Part shown: positions 47,580 to 56,364 of the stretch, piece by piece
How positions within the stretch are numbered: the first letter of the stretch is position 1
How the letters are laid out: each line of letters begins with the position of its first letter
Made by a program: the position numbers and the translations under genes
Source of the DNA: Acidobacteriota bacterium
Lineage (GTDB): Bacteria > Acidobacteriota > UBA6911
Length of the DNA: 64,000 nt
Assembly (NCBI GenBank): GCA_050011535.1
Contig: JBEKIX010000002.1
Span: 32,365 to 96,364, forward strand
Direction of reading: 5' to 3'
The notes under the pieces: generated by a model
What the model saw: only the letters and a program-made list of their open reading frames with translations
What the model was told of the DNA's origin: nothing
Database searches by the model: none

Positions 47580-50042
47580 ATGACCTGCTATGTTGACGTT
47601 GCCGTGCCCATGTCGGTGCGCAAGACGTTTGCATATTCCGTTCCCAGGAATCTGGGAAAAAGCGCTGTGGTCGGGGCACGGGTGTTGGTGCCGTTCGGCC
47701 GCAAGCTCGTCTCCGGGTTCGTAGTCGCCAGACATGCTACGCCACCGGCCGGCGACTTCCGCATCCGCCCGCTCCGGGATGTGATGGATCCCGCACCGAC
47801 GATTTCCGAGGAACTGGTGGAGCTTGCGCTCTGGGTGGCAGATTACTATTTTACCTCTCCCGGCGAGGTCCTGCGTGCTCTGTTGCCTGCCGGCAGCCTC
47901 ACTGCCGGCGATAGAGAAGTGCGCCTGGCTGAGCGCACACAGGAACTTCTCGCGGGCGGTCTGCGGCCCTCCGGACTCGCGCCCAGAGAGGAACGCCTCC
48001 TCGAAACTCTCGCGCGCGAAGGCGTGGTTGGCCTCAAGCAGCTCTGCCGGCATGAAGGGCTTCGTGAGGTCGCCCAATGGATCGATGCCAGTGCAAAAAA
48101 CGGCTGGGTGCATATTGTCGATCGCGTCGAACGCGCCCGCGTCAGCGAAAAGACCCGATTGGGGATCTCGGCGTTGGAGGCTTCGCAGGATGCCATCGCA
48201 TCGCTGAGCAGCTCCCAGCGTCTGATGTATGAGCAGTTGAAATCAGCTGGCGGTGTGATGAGCCTTCAAGCCGCATTGCGACTCGCGGGTGTCGGGCCGA
48301 GCATCGCCAGGACTCTTGAGAAAAAGGGCCTTGCCGCGATGGCTCCCATGAAGGTCGACCGCGTGCCTGTTGAATTGTCGGAGAACGCGACGCGAAACAA
48401 GCATGTGCTTACGCCCGCGCAGCAGGCAGTGTTTGAAAAAGTGCGCGGGTTCCTCAATAGCGGCGAAGCCGTGCGCTGCCTGCTCCATGGCGTCACGGGC
48501 AGTGGAAAGACTGAGATCTACCTTCGATTGATTGCCGAAGTGCTTCTGCGAGGCAACAGCGCCATTCTGCTGGTGCCGGAAATCGGGCTCACTCCCTTGC
48601 TGAGCCGGATCGCTGCGTCTCACTTTCCGGACCAGGTGGCGTTGCTCCACAGCGGCATGTCGGCGGGCGAGCGCTTCGATCAATGGAATCGGATCCATTC
48701 AGGAGCTGCTTCCGTAGTTGTCGGGACACGGTCCGCGGTGTTCGCACCGCTCGAGAAGATCAGGCTGATCGTCCTCGATGAAGAACAGGACGCCTCGTAT
48801 AAACAGGATGTTTCCCCCTGCTATCATGCGCGTGAAGTCGCCTGGCAACGTCTCCAGCGTTGCGGCGGCGTACTCCTGATGGGATCCGCGACCCCGTCCG
48901 TCGAAAGCTACCACATGTCACAGGCCGCCGCCGCGATCAGTCCCCTGAGCTTGCCGGAGCGCATCGAGGCGCGTCCACTTCCCGAAGTCAGCGTGATCGA
49001 CATGAGCATCGAATTCCAACGGCACGGCAGAAGTACGGTGATCTCCGACAGGCTGAAGGCGGAGTTGGCGGAAAACCTGCGCCGCGGCGAACAGTCCATC
49101 GTGCTGCTGAATCGCCGGGGTTATTCGCGCTCGCTGCTTTGCCGTGGCTGCGGCAATGTGTTTTCATGCAGCGATTGCAGCATTCCTATGACGTATCATC
49201 AGCGGGAGAGCTGTCTGATCTGCCATTATTGCGGCCTGCAGAAGCAGACGCCTTCGGCATGTGACCGCTGCGGAGGGGAGTATATTTATTTTGTGGGAGT
49301 CGGAACCGAGCAGCTCGAGGAATTGCTGCGATCGATGTTTCCCGGGGCGCGTCTTGCCAGGGTGGATCGCGATACGACGAGGCCGCGGGGAGCGTTGCGC
49401 AGGATGCTGCACGATTTTGAAGATCGCAAACTGGACATGCTGGTGGGAACCCAAATTCTGGCGAAAGGGCACGATTTCCCGGATGTGACTCTTGTGGGTG
49501 TCGTCTCGGCCGATGCAGGACTGGCTTTCCCCGACTTTCGTGCGGCCGAACGCACGTTTCAATTGCTGACACAGGTTGCCGGCAGAGCCGGCCGAGGAAG
49601 GGTCCCCGGACGCGTCGTTTTGCAGTCATTCTACCCCGATCACTATGCGCTTCAATTCGCGCGCAGACAGGATTACCTCGGTTTCTACGCTCACGAGATC
49701 GAGTTCCGCAAGCTGCTGGGTTACCCGCCCTTTCGAAGCTTGGTTCAGATCCTGATCAGCGCCAGCAGCGCGCAAAAGGGCCTGCGGATTGGAGAAAAGG
49801 CGGCGGCGGAGCTGAAGGCGAGCGCCGAGAGGCATGGAGCCAAAGCGGAGATCCAAGTGCTGGGACCCGCGGCCGCGCCGCTGGAACGATTGCGAGGGCA
49901 ATACCGATTTCAGATACTGCTGAAGGCGGCGCCTGGCAAGAAAATGGGTGAGATTCTGCAGGACGCATTTGCGCAGCTGTCCCTACATAAGGTGCCGCTG
50001 AAAAGTATGCACGTTGATGTGGATCCGCTGTCTCTGCTATGA
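47580..50042 (+). CDS. priA: primosomal protein N' (replication-restart helicase)
   Basis: N-terminal 3'-DNA-binding domain. Helicase Walker A LLHGVTGSGKTE and DEAH-like VLDEEQD. Cys-rich zinc region CRGCGNVFSCSDC..C..C. Confidence 0.9.
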   Translation: MTCYVDVAVPMSVRKTFAYSVPRNLGKSAVVGARVLVPFGRKLVSGFVVARHATPPAGDFRIRPLRDVMDPAPTISEELVELALWVADYYFTSPGEVLRALLPAGSLTAGDREVRLAERTQELLAGGLRPSGLAPREERLLETLAREGVVGLKQLCRHEGLREVAQWIDASAKNGWVHIVDRVERARVSEKTRLGISALEASQDAIASLSSSQRLMYEQLKSAGGVMSLQAALRLAGVGPSIARTLEKKGLAAMAPMKVDRVPVELSENATRNKHVLTPAQQAVFEKVRGFLNSGEAVRCLLHGVTGSGKTEIYLRLIAEVLLRGNSAILLVPEIGLTPLLSRIAASHFPDQVALLHSGMSAGERFDQWNRIHSGAASVVVGTRSAVFAPLEKIRLIVLDEEQDASYKQDVSPCYHAREVAWQRLQRCGGVLLMGSATPSVESYHMSQAAAAISPLSLPERIEARPLPEVSVIDMSIEFQRHGRSTVISDRLKAELAENLRRGEQSIVLLNRRGYSRSLLCRGCGNVFSCSDCSIPMTYHQRESCLICHYCGLQKQTPSACDRCGGEYIYFVGVGTEQLEELLRSMFPGARLARVDRDTTRPRGALRRMLHDFEDRKLDMLVGTQILAKGHDFPDVTLVGVVSADAGLAFPDFRAAERTFQLLTQVAGRAGRGRVPGRVVLQSFYPDHYALQFARRQDYLGFYAHEIEFRKLLGYPPFRSLVQILISASSAQKGLRIGEKAAAELKASAERHGAKAEIQVLGPAAAPLERLRGQYRFQILLKAAPGKKMGEILQDAFAQLSLHKVPLKSMHVDVDPLSLL

Positions 50043-50055
50043 GTGACCAACAGCC

Positions 50056-50961
50056 ATGATTCTGGAACACGCCAGATCTCACGCACATTCCGTAACCTCG
50101 CGAAGGCTCTCGCTCGCTCTGCTCGTGGTTGCCGTCTGGTTTGTCGCCGAACTGATCGCGGGAATCTACACGAACAGTCTCGCCTTGCTCGCCGATGCCG
50201 CGCACATGTTGACGGACTTGGCGGCTTTGTCACTGAGCCTCTTCGCGCTGAAAATCTCCGTTCGCCCTGCGACCACGGAGAAGACTTTCGGATACCTGCG
50301 CGCAGAGATCCTGGCCGCCCTCGCCAATGGCGTCATCCTGGTCGTCGTCGGTTTGTTCATTGCGTATGAAGCCTATCGCCGCCTGCGTCAGCCGCAGGAG
50401 GTGAAGAGCGTCGCGATGCTGGCGGTGGCTGCTTTCGGGCTATGCACCAACCTGGTGGCAGCGTGGCTGCTCGCCCGTTCCGATCTCGAGAATCTCAACA
50501 TGCGCGGAGCATTTCTTCACGTGCTGGGTGACATCATGGGGTCGCTGGGCGCCATTGCCGCGGGGATCATGATGATCGCGTGGCGATGGTTTACAGCCGA
50601 TGCGGCGGTTTCTATGCTTGTCGCGGCGCTTATACTCTACAGTTCATGGCGTTTGCTGCGCGACAGCGTCGACGTGCTGCTGGAAGGCGCTCCGAGGCAT
50701 GTCGACATGGCCGCGCTTCTCGCGGATCTGGGAAGCGTCGACGGTGCGGTCTCCGTGCACGACCTGCATGTCTGGTCCATTACCTCAGGGCTGCCGGCGA
50801 TGAGTTGTCATGTCGTCTTGCGGCCTGAGACTGATTCGGCTGCGGCTCTCAAGATGCTCATCGAGCTGATGCGCAACCGCCACCACATCGAGCACACGAC
50901 GATTCAGATCGAAAAAGAGCCGCGGCCGAAAATGGAGAATCCGGTTCAATTGCGATTCTGA
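50056..50961 (+). CDS. czcD: cation diffusion facilitator family divalent-metal efflux transporter
   Basis: Six TM segments, the His/Asp metal-site motif in LADAAHMLTDL, and a C-terminal cytoplasmic domain. Confidence 0.8.
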   Translation: MILEHARSHAHSVTSRRLSLALLVVAVWFVAELIAGIYTNSLALLADAAHMLTDLAALSLSLFALKISVRPATTEKTFGYLRAEILAALANGVILVVVGLFIAYEAYRRLRQPQEVKSVAMLAVAAFGLCTNLVAAWLLARSDLENLNMRGAFLHVLGDIMGSLGAIAAGIMMIAWRWFTADAAVSMLVAALILYSSWRLLRDSVDVLLEGAPRHVDMAALLADLGSVDGAVSVHDLHVWSITSGLPAMSCHVVLRPETDSAAALKMLIELMRNRHHIEHTTIQIEKEPRPKMENPVQLRF

Positions 50962-51030
50962 GAAAGTCTCCGGCATTCGGCCCTGCCATCGGCGATAAAT
51001 GCGTCCGCCTGTATTGCGCGCCCGCGCTGG

Positions 51031-51588
51031 TCATGGCTCGGGGCTGTCAGGCGGAGGAGGCGGTGGCGGCAGAACGATCGGCGGTTCCGCGGCTGGCGCG
51101 TGGTGCGAGATCTTGCGCTTTTCGAAGATCGCGACTCCCAGAACTCCGCCCAACATTCCCATCACCGAAAACACCACCAGAAATAGCAAAGCGGAAAAAA
51201 CCATGAGAAGAGCCAAGGCGGTGCCTCCCGTCGGCATGGACGCGATGGCTTCGCGAAACGCGGGCGGAAGATTCGGAATATCGCCGAGGCTTCGTCGCGT
51301 CTCCTCGAGAATGCCCCCGCCGGCGCTGCGCAGAAGGAGCATCGGTATGCTAAACAGAATGTAGACCATTCCTCCGATGCTTCCCGTGAGCAAACCGAGG
51401 CCGGCGCCACTCCCCAGCGTCACCGCTGCCGGAGCGCTCTTTACGTAAAGGTTGGCAGCGAGTATGCCGCCGCCGATCACCCATGCACAGCAGACGCAGT
51501 TGAAGGCCTGGATCAAAGGGAGAGCGGAGAGTATCCCCAGCAGGATGCCGCCGATCAACGCCGGTTTCAGAATTCCATGATCATTCAT
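51031..51588 (-). CDS. hypothetical polytopic membrane protein with poly-Pro C-terminus
   Basis: Four predicted TM helices, ending ...LPPPPPPPDSPEP. The start overlaps the stop of the upstream DUF2085-like gene. Confidence 0.4.
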   Translation of the reverse strand: MNDHGILKPALIGGILLGILSALPLIQAFNCVCCAWVIGGGILAANLYVKSAPAAVTLGSGAGLGLLTGSIGGMVYILFSIPMLLLRSAGGGILEETRRSLGDIPNLPPAFREAIASMPTGGTALALLMVFSALLFLVVFSVMGMLGGVLGVAIFEKRKISHHAPAAEPPIVLPPPPPPPDSPEP

Positions 51589-52103
51589 GATGTGCCTCCC
51601 AGTGCGCCCATGCCTTGATGCTTCCTCCGAGCGTCTTCACTCAACTCGGCCAGTGCCGGCAATACAAGGGATGAGAGCATGGCACCAAAAAGCAAACCCG
51701 TAAGACAGCGACTGACAGGAGTATTGGCCCATATGCCGCTGAACTGCAGCATGGCATCTATCAGCAGAGGCGCAACACCGCAAATCACCCAAAGCCTCCG
51801 CAGGCGTGGCGATTGCAAAATGCTATTCCATGCAAAAGGGACAAGGGAGCCCAGCAACAGGCCAAAATAGATCCCCGAACAGCGATGACATACCGCCCAC
51901 GGATGTCCGAAAATTGCAAAAGACCGTGCCGGGATCTGATGACAGACCGGCGAAAACAGCGCGTACAGCAAGGCTGCGGCCCACTTGTGTCCACTTGCTT
52001 GAAGCAGCGGGGCTGCGAGAAATGCGATGCAGACGCAGATCCAGAGGACTACAGCAGAGGTTCGAATGGATAGCGGAATCGTGCGCGGCCCGGAGTGTTT
52101 CAT
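51585..52103 (-). CDS. DUF2085-like small membrane protein (CxxC-containing)
   Basis: The ATG at 52103 (MKHSGPRTIPLSIRTSAVVLWICV...) is used rather than 52244. Contains VCHQIPARSF...HPWAVCHRCSGIY. Confidence 0.45.
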   Translation of the reverse strand: MKHSGPRTIPLSIRTSAVVLWICVCIAFLAAPLLQASGHKWAAALLYALFSPVCHQIPARSFAIFGHPWAVCHRCSGIYFGLLLGSLVPFAWNSILQSPRLRRLWVICGVAPLLIDAMLQFSGIWANTPVSRCLTGLLFGAMLSSLVLPALAELSEDARRKHQGMGALGGTS

Positions 52104-52358
52104 AGACGAGCCGGCATTATACCCGACTGTACGGCGGGTTTTCAAAAGCGTACCGCATGCAAGAACAATCGTCGTCTCAAGGCAACAAGGCGTCTGAATA
52201 CTATACGTATCATACGAACGGCTTAGGAATAAAAATGATTTCATCTATGAGCCGCCATTTTCCCTTGCTACGACGGCAGCCGTGAGCAGTCAGAATGCGT
52301 TTTTCACGCGATTCCAGCGGGTGAATTAACGCAGCCCGAAGCCTCAGGTTCCACAAGC

Positions 52359-52448
52359 TTTTGTATAAACAACTGGTACTGGCACTAAATCTTGTATAAA
52401 ATCTGGAAATACTACTTGACAGTATATTTTGATTTTATTATACAAAAG
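52359..52448 (+). promoter_or_regulatory. AT-rich promoter (TTGACA-17-TATACA at 52416-52444) flanked by three copies of a TTGTATAAA motif (two direct, one inverted)
   Basis: cTTTTGTATAAacaaCTGG at 52359-52376 and cTTGTATAAAatCTGG at 52391-52406. The inverted copy TTATACAAAAG at 52438-52448 overlaps the -10. RBS GGAGAGG is at 52457-52463. Confidence 0.55.
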
Positions 52449-52467
52449 GGGACATTGGAGAGGTTGG

Positions 52468-53490
52468 ATGCGAGTCGGACTGACATATAACTTGAAGCGT
52501 GGCGAACCTGAAGAGGGGCAGGAACCTCCAAGTAGCAGCCGGGAGGCTCAGGCAGAGTGGGACGAGCCGGAAACCGTCCATGCGGTCATAGATGCCATAC
52601 GGGAACGCCACGAAGTCCTGCCGATTGACGCCGCAGAAGATCCCTACAATGCCTTGCGCGAGGCGCGGCCCGACATTGTATTCAACATGGCGGAAGGAAC
52701 ATTCGGACCCTGCCGTGAAGGTCACATTCCCTCGATTCTCGAGTTTCTGAACATCCCATATACAGCCAGCGACCCATTGACGCTGAGTGTCTGCCTCGAC
52801 AAGTCGCGTGCCAAGGAGATCCTCGCGTATCATGCGCTGCCGACGGCCCGCTTTCGTGTTGTTTCCAGCGTGGAACCTTCGTTCAACACCCTGCACTTTC
52901 CACTTATGGTGAAGCCGCTCTTTGAGGGTTCGAGCATGGGCATCCGGAACGATTCGGTGGTTCAGACACACCAGGAGCTGCACGCCAAGGTGGAGTGGGT
53001 CGTGCGGCGATTCCATCAGCCGGCCATTGTGGAAGAGTTCCTGTCGGGACGAGAGTTCACGGTTGCCATCCTGGGAAACGGCGTGGAAGCCCGGGCACTC
53101 CCGATGGTTGAGGTGCGGTTCGACTCGCTGCCGGCAGGGGTGAATCCCATCTATTCTTATGAAGCCAAGTGGGTATGGGATCAGAGTTCCAAACCGCTTG
53201 AGATTTTTAGCTGTCCGGCGAAGATAGACGAAAAATTGCGAGCGGCGATCGAGCGCATCTGTCTGGAGGCTTATCGAATCCTGAGATGCCGGGACTGGTG
53301 CCGTATCGACGTACGCCTCGATTCAGCGAACCGTCCGCACATTCTTGAATTGAATCCGCTTCCCGGAATTCTTCCGCGGCCGGAGGACAACTCCTGCTTT
53401 CCGAAAGCGGCTCGGGCGGCGGGCATGTCGTACAACCAACTGATCAACGAAGTCCTTGACATTGCTTGCCGGCGGTACGGAATCTCCTGA
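52468..53490 (+). CDS. ATP-grasp ligase of the D-Ala-D-Ala ligase family (copy 1)
   Basis: RVGLTYNLKRG N-terminus. Ddl-like central and C-terminal motifs FPLMVKPLFEGSSMGI, EEFLSGREFTVAILG, RIDVRLDSANRPHILELNPLPG. ATG at 52468. Confidence 0.75.
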   Translation: MRVGLTYNLKRGEPEEGQEPPSSSREAQAEWDEPETVHAVIDAIRERHEVLPIDAAEDPYNALREARPDIVFNMAEGTFGPCREGHIPSILEFLNIPYTASDPLTLSVCLDKSRAKEILAYHALPTARFRVVSSVEPSFNTLHFPLMVKPLFEGSSMGIRNDSVVQTHQELHAKVEWVVRRFHQPAIVEEFLSGREFTVAILGNGVEARALPMVEVRFDSLPAGVNPIYSYEAKWVWDQSSKPLEIFSCPAKIDEKLRAAIERICLEAYRILRCRDWCRIDVRLDSANRPHILELNPLPGILPRPEDNSCFPKAARAAGMSYNQLINEVLDIACRRYGIS

Positions 53491-54536
53491 TGGCACGATC
53501 AGACTGCATTATCCTTTATAACGCCTCTACCGTCAGGCAGATGCCCTCTTCGGAAGAGAAGATCTATCCGGCAAACCTCCTGCGCGAAGAGGCCGGCGCC
53601 ATCGAAGAGAGTTTGCGCGAGCTCGGCTATGCGCCTTTAGTGCTTGCCATCGATTACTTCACGAAAGATCTCGTGGCAACGATTCAGCGCGTCGCTCCCA
53701 AGTTCATCTTCAACTTGTGCGAAGAGCTTCAGGGAGACTGCGAACTGGAGATGTGTATCGCCGGATTATTCGAGCTCATGAACATTCCGTACACGGGCTC
53801 GAGACCGTTGGCGCTCGGTCTGGCGTTGAACAAATTCCGCGTCAAACAGGTGCTGCGTGCCGCCGGCATCCCTGTGCCGCGAGGCTTTCTCTGCCCGATC
53901 GGACAGCAGCTCAAACCCCGGGCTCTGGGCCGTTTTCCTGTTTTCGTGAAGCCGGTCCACGAGGACGCGAGCCTAGGAATCAACGCCCACTCGGTCTGCC
54001 ACGATTTCACACAGCTCGAGAGACAAGTCTCATACATCCATCATGTTTATAACCAGGATGCGCTCATCGAGGAATTTTTGGAGGGCAGGGAGTTCAATGT
54101 TTCCATTCTGGGCGGACAGATCGCTCGGGTGCTCGCAATCTCCGAGATCGATTTCAGCAGCATGCCTGATGGCGAACCAAGAATCGTGAGCTATCGTGCA
54201 AAGTGGGACGAAGAGAGTAGCGTCTTTCAGTGCAGCGTTCCGGTCTGTCCCGCGGAGATCCCTCACCGCCTCGAAAGCCGGATCAAGAGCATCGCGATGC
54301 GTAGCTTCCAATGTGTAGGGTGCCGTGACTACGCCAGGGTGGATATGCGCACGGATTCCCTTGGGAACGCGTGCGTGATGGATGTCAATCCTAATCCGGA
54401 TCTTTCTCCGCACGCGGGATTCTTCCGCGCGGCGCGGGCGGCGGGCATGACTTACACTGACATGGTCTCGCACATCACTCAATCCGCATTGGAGCGAGTG
54501 ACAAAGGCTCCCTCGACGGCATATGTCTTCTCCTGA
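53490..54536 (+). CDS. ATP-grasp ligase of the D-Ala-D-Ala ligase family (copy 2)
   Basis: ATGA overlap with copy 1. Motifs FPVFVKPVHEDASLGI, EEFLEGREFNVSILG, RVDMRTDSLGNACVMDVNPNP. Confidence 0.75.
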   Translation: MARSDCIILYNASTVRQMPSSEEKIYPANLLREEAGAIEESLRELGYAPLVLAIDYFTKDLVATIQRVAPKFIFNLCEELQGDCELEMCIAGLFELMNIPYTGSRPLALGLALNKFRVKQVLRAAGIPVPRGFLCPIGQQLKPRALGRFPVFVKPVHEDASLGINAHSVCHDFTQLERQVSYIHHVYNQDALIEEFLEGREFNVSILGGQIARVLAISEIDFSSMPDGEPRIVSYRAKWDEESSVFQCSVPVCPAEIPHRLESRIKSIAMRSFQCVGCRDYARVDMRTDSLGNACVMDVNPNPDLSPHAGFFRAARAAGMTYTDMVSHITQSALERVTKAPSTAYVFS

Positions 54537-55023
54537 CTCTCATATACACTCGATTCGCAATCTGGAACCGCGCGATCGCGCCGCGATTGCGAACATCGTG
54601 CAAAGTGTCGGCAATTTCAATCAGGCAGAGATCGAGTGCGCTCTCGAACTGGTCGACGCATGCCTGAACGATACCAATCAGAAGGACTATCGGATCGTCG
54701 TGGATGAGATCGCTGGAGAAGTCTGTGGCTATGCATGCTGGGGACTGGCTCCGCTTACCAAAGGAACATTTGATCTTTATTGGATCGCCGCGCATCCCGG
54801 AGCTCAGGCACGCGGCGTCGGACGCGCCTTGATGGCGCACGTTGAAAACCAGGTGCGCGCGGAGAATGGCAGGCTCCTCATAATTGAAACTTCCTCCAAG
54901 GAATCATACGGGAATACCGTGGGATTCTATCGCCGCTTGGGATATGAAGAGGCGTCGCGAATACGGGATTTCTACGACGCGGGTGACGATAAGCTGATAT
55001 TTGTAAGGAGATTTTCCCGGTAA
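54523..55023 (+). CDS. GNAT-family N-acetyltransferase
   Basis: Acetyl-CoA-binding motif A region HPGAQARGVGRALMAHVE. 166 aa. Overlaps the copy-2 3' end by 14 nt. Confidence 0.75.
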   Translation: MSSPDSHIHSIRNLEPRDRAAIANIVQSVGNFNQAEIECALELVDACLNDTNQKDYRIVVDEIAGEVCGYACWGLAPLTKGTFDLYWIAAHPGAQARGVGRALMAHVENQVRAENGRLLIIETSSKESYGNTVGFYRRLGYEEASRIRDFYDAGDDKLIFVRRFSR

Positions 55024-55038
55024 GGAGAATTGTTGTCC

Positions 55039-56124
55039 ATGAAACAGTGGATGCTTGACCTGCGCAACAGCGTCACCAATGGGGAAACGGTCTGCGAGGA
55101 CTTCGACGCCGAAAAGGATGAAATCGACGTCGTCCGCGATGTCTATCCAATGCGGATTCCCCGTTATTACTACAACCTGATCCGCGAGAAGGGGGATCCC
55201 ATCTGGATGCAGTCGGTCCCCTCGATCCAGGAGCTCCAGGACATGGACGCTCCCGAGGATCCGCTTCATGAGGATGAAGACAGCCCGGTCACCCGGCTTA
55301 CCCACCGGTATCCAGACCGCGTCCTTCTGCTGATCACAGACCGCTGCCCCATGTATTGCCGGTTCTGCACACGCAAACGAATGGTGGGACGAACGAGCGA
55401 TATTACGGAGCGCACCATCGCAATCGGTATCGAGTATATCCGCGCTCACAAGGAAATCCGCGATGTCCTGCTCTCGGGCGGCGACCCGCTGATGGTCAGC
55501 GACGAAAAGCTCGAGAGCATTATATCGAGGCTGCGTGAAATCCCTCACGTCGAGATCGTACGCCTGGGAACCAGATTCCCTTGCGTTCTCCCGAGCCGGA
55601 TTACGGACGAGCTTTGCAACATGCTCAAGAAGTACCATCCGATATTCGTCAATACACACTTCAACCATCCGCGCGAACTCACTCCGGAAGCCAGAGGCGC
55701 GTGTGAGCGTCTGGCAAACGCGGGCATACCCGTCGGTTGTCAGACCGTGCTGATGAAGGGTGTCAACGACGATCCTGAGGTGATCAAGGAGCTGATGCAC
55801 AAGCTCGTGATGGCCCGCGTGCGGCCGTATTACCTCTACCAGACCGATCTCACGCGCGGCACCAACCATTTCCGCACACGTGTTGAGATGGGGCTGCAGA
55901 TCATCCAGGCACTCCGAGGACACACGAGCGGATTTGCAGTCCCCCAATTCGTCATCGATGCTCCCGGCGGCGGCGGCAAGATTCCCTTGATGCCCGAGTA
56001 TGTTGTGGGCTTCGACGAAAAGGAAATTGTGCTCAGAAACTTCGAAGGCAGACTCTTCCGTTACCCGCAACCCACGGAAGAGTATGTTCGCGATGTGCGC
56101 GAAATCGAAGTGATCAACTTCTAG
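55039..56124 (+). CDS. lysine 2,3-aminomutase family radical-SAM enzyme, short form (KamA/EpmB-like)
   Basis: CPMYCRFCTRKRMVG (CxxxCxxC) plus KamA-family blocks LLSGGDPLM, VRLGTRFP, FVNTHFNHPREL, GIPVGCQTVLMKGVNDD, RPYYLYQTDL. AAGGAG lies 11 nt upstream. Confidence 0.85.
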   Translation: MKQWMLDLRNSVTNGETVCEDFDAEKDEIDVVRDVYPMRIPRYYYNLIREKGDPIWMQSVPSIQELQDMDAPEDPLHEDEDSPVTRLTHRYPDRVLLLITDRCPMYCRFCTRKRMVGRTSDITERTIAIGIEYIRAHKEIRDVLLSGGDPLMVSDEKLESIISRLREIPHVEIVRLGTRFPCVLPSRITDELCNMLKKYHPIFVNTHFNHPRELTPEARGACERLANAGIPVGCQTVLMKGVNDDPEVIKELMHKLVMARVRPYYLYQTDLTRGTNHFRTRVEMGLQIIQALRGHTSGFAVPQFVIDAPGGGGKIPLMPEYVVGFDEKEIVLRNFEGRLFRYPQPTEEYVRDVREIEVINF

Positions 56125-56134
56125 CGATTGCAGG

Positions 56135-56222
56135 TTGACGATTGACGATTGAAAGCCGGGCAATGCTCCCCGCCCCTGAGCCCGCCAGCTTTCAATCGTC
56201 AATCTGAGATTGTCTGTTTTTT
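56135..56222 (+). terminator. 17-bp perfect-stem hairpin (GATTGACGATTGAAAGC ... GCTTTCAATCGTCAATC, 31-nt loop) containing tandem TTGACGA repeats, with a T6 tract 12 nt downstream
   Basis: Arms lie at 56140-56156 and 56188-56204. TTTTTT is at 56217-56222. Confidence 0.45.
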
Positions 56223-56364
56223 CAATTGCCGCACCGGTCGCCCGTACGCTGGGGATCGAGTAACATTCCAGCAACATTGGCTTGCCTCAGCCGCGACAGG
56301 CTGGTAATCTTGCCCCGTCATTTCCGGGAAATCAAAGACGCAATCGAGTCAAGATGGGGAACGT

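Noticed and set aside
54904-56277. 457-codon minus-strand ORF overlapping the GNAT and aminomutase genes
   Set aside because: Antisense to two well-supported + strand genes (radical-SAM CxxxCxxC and GNAT motifs); a GC-driven artefact.
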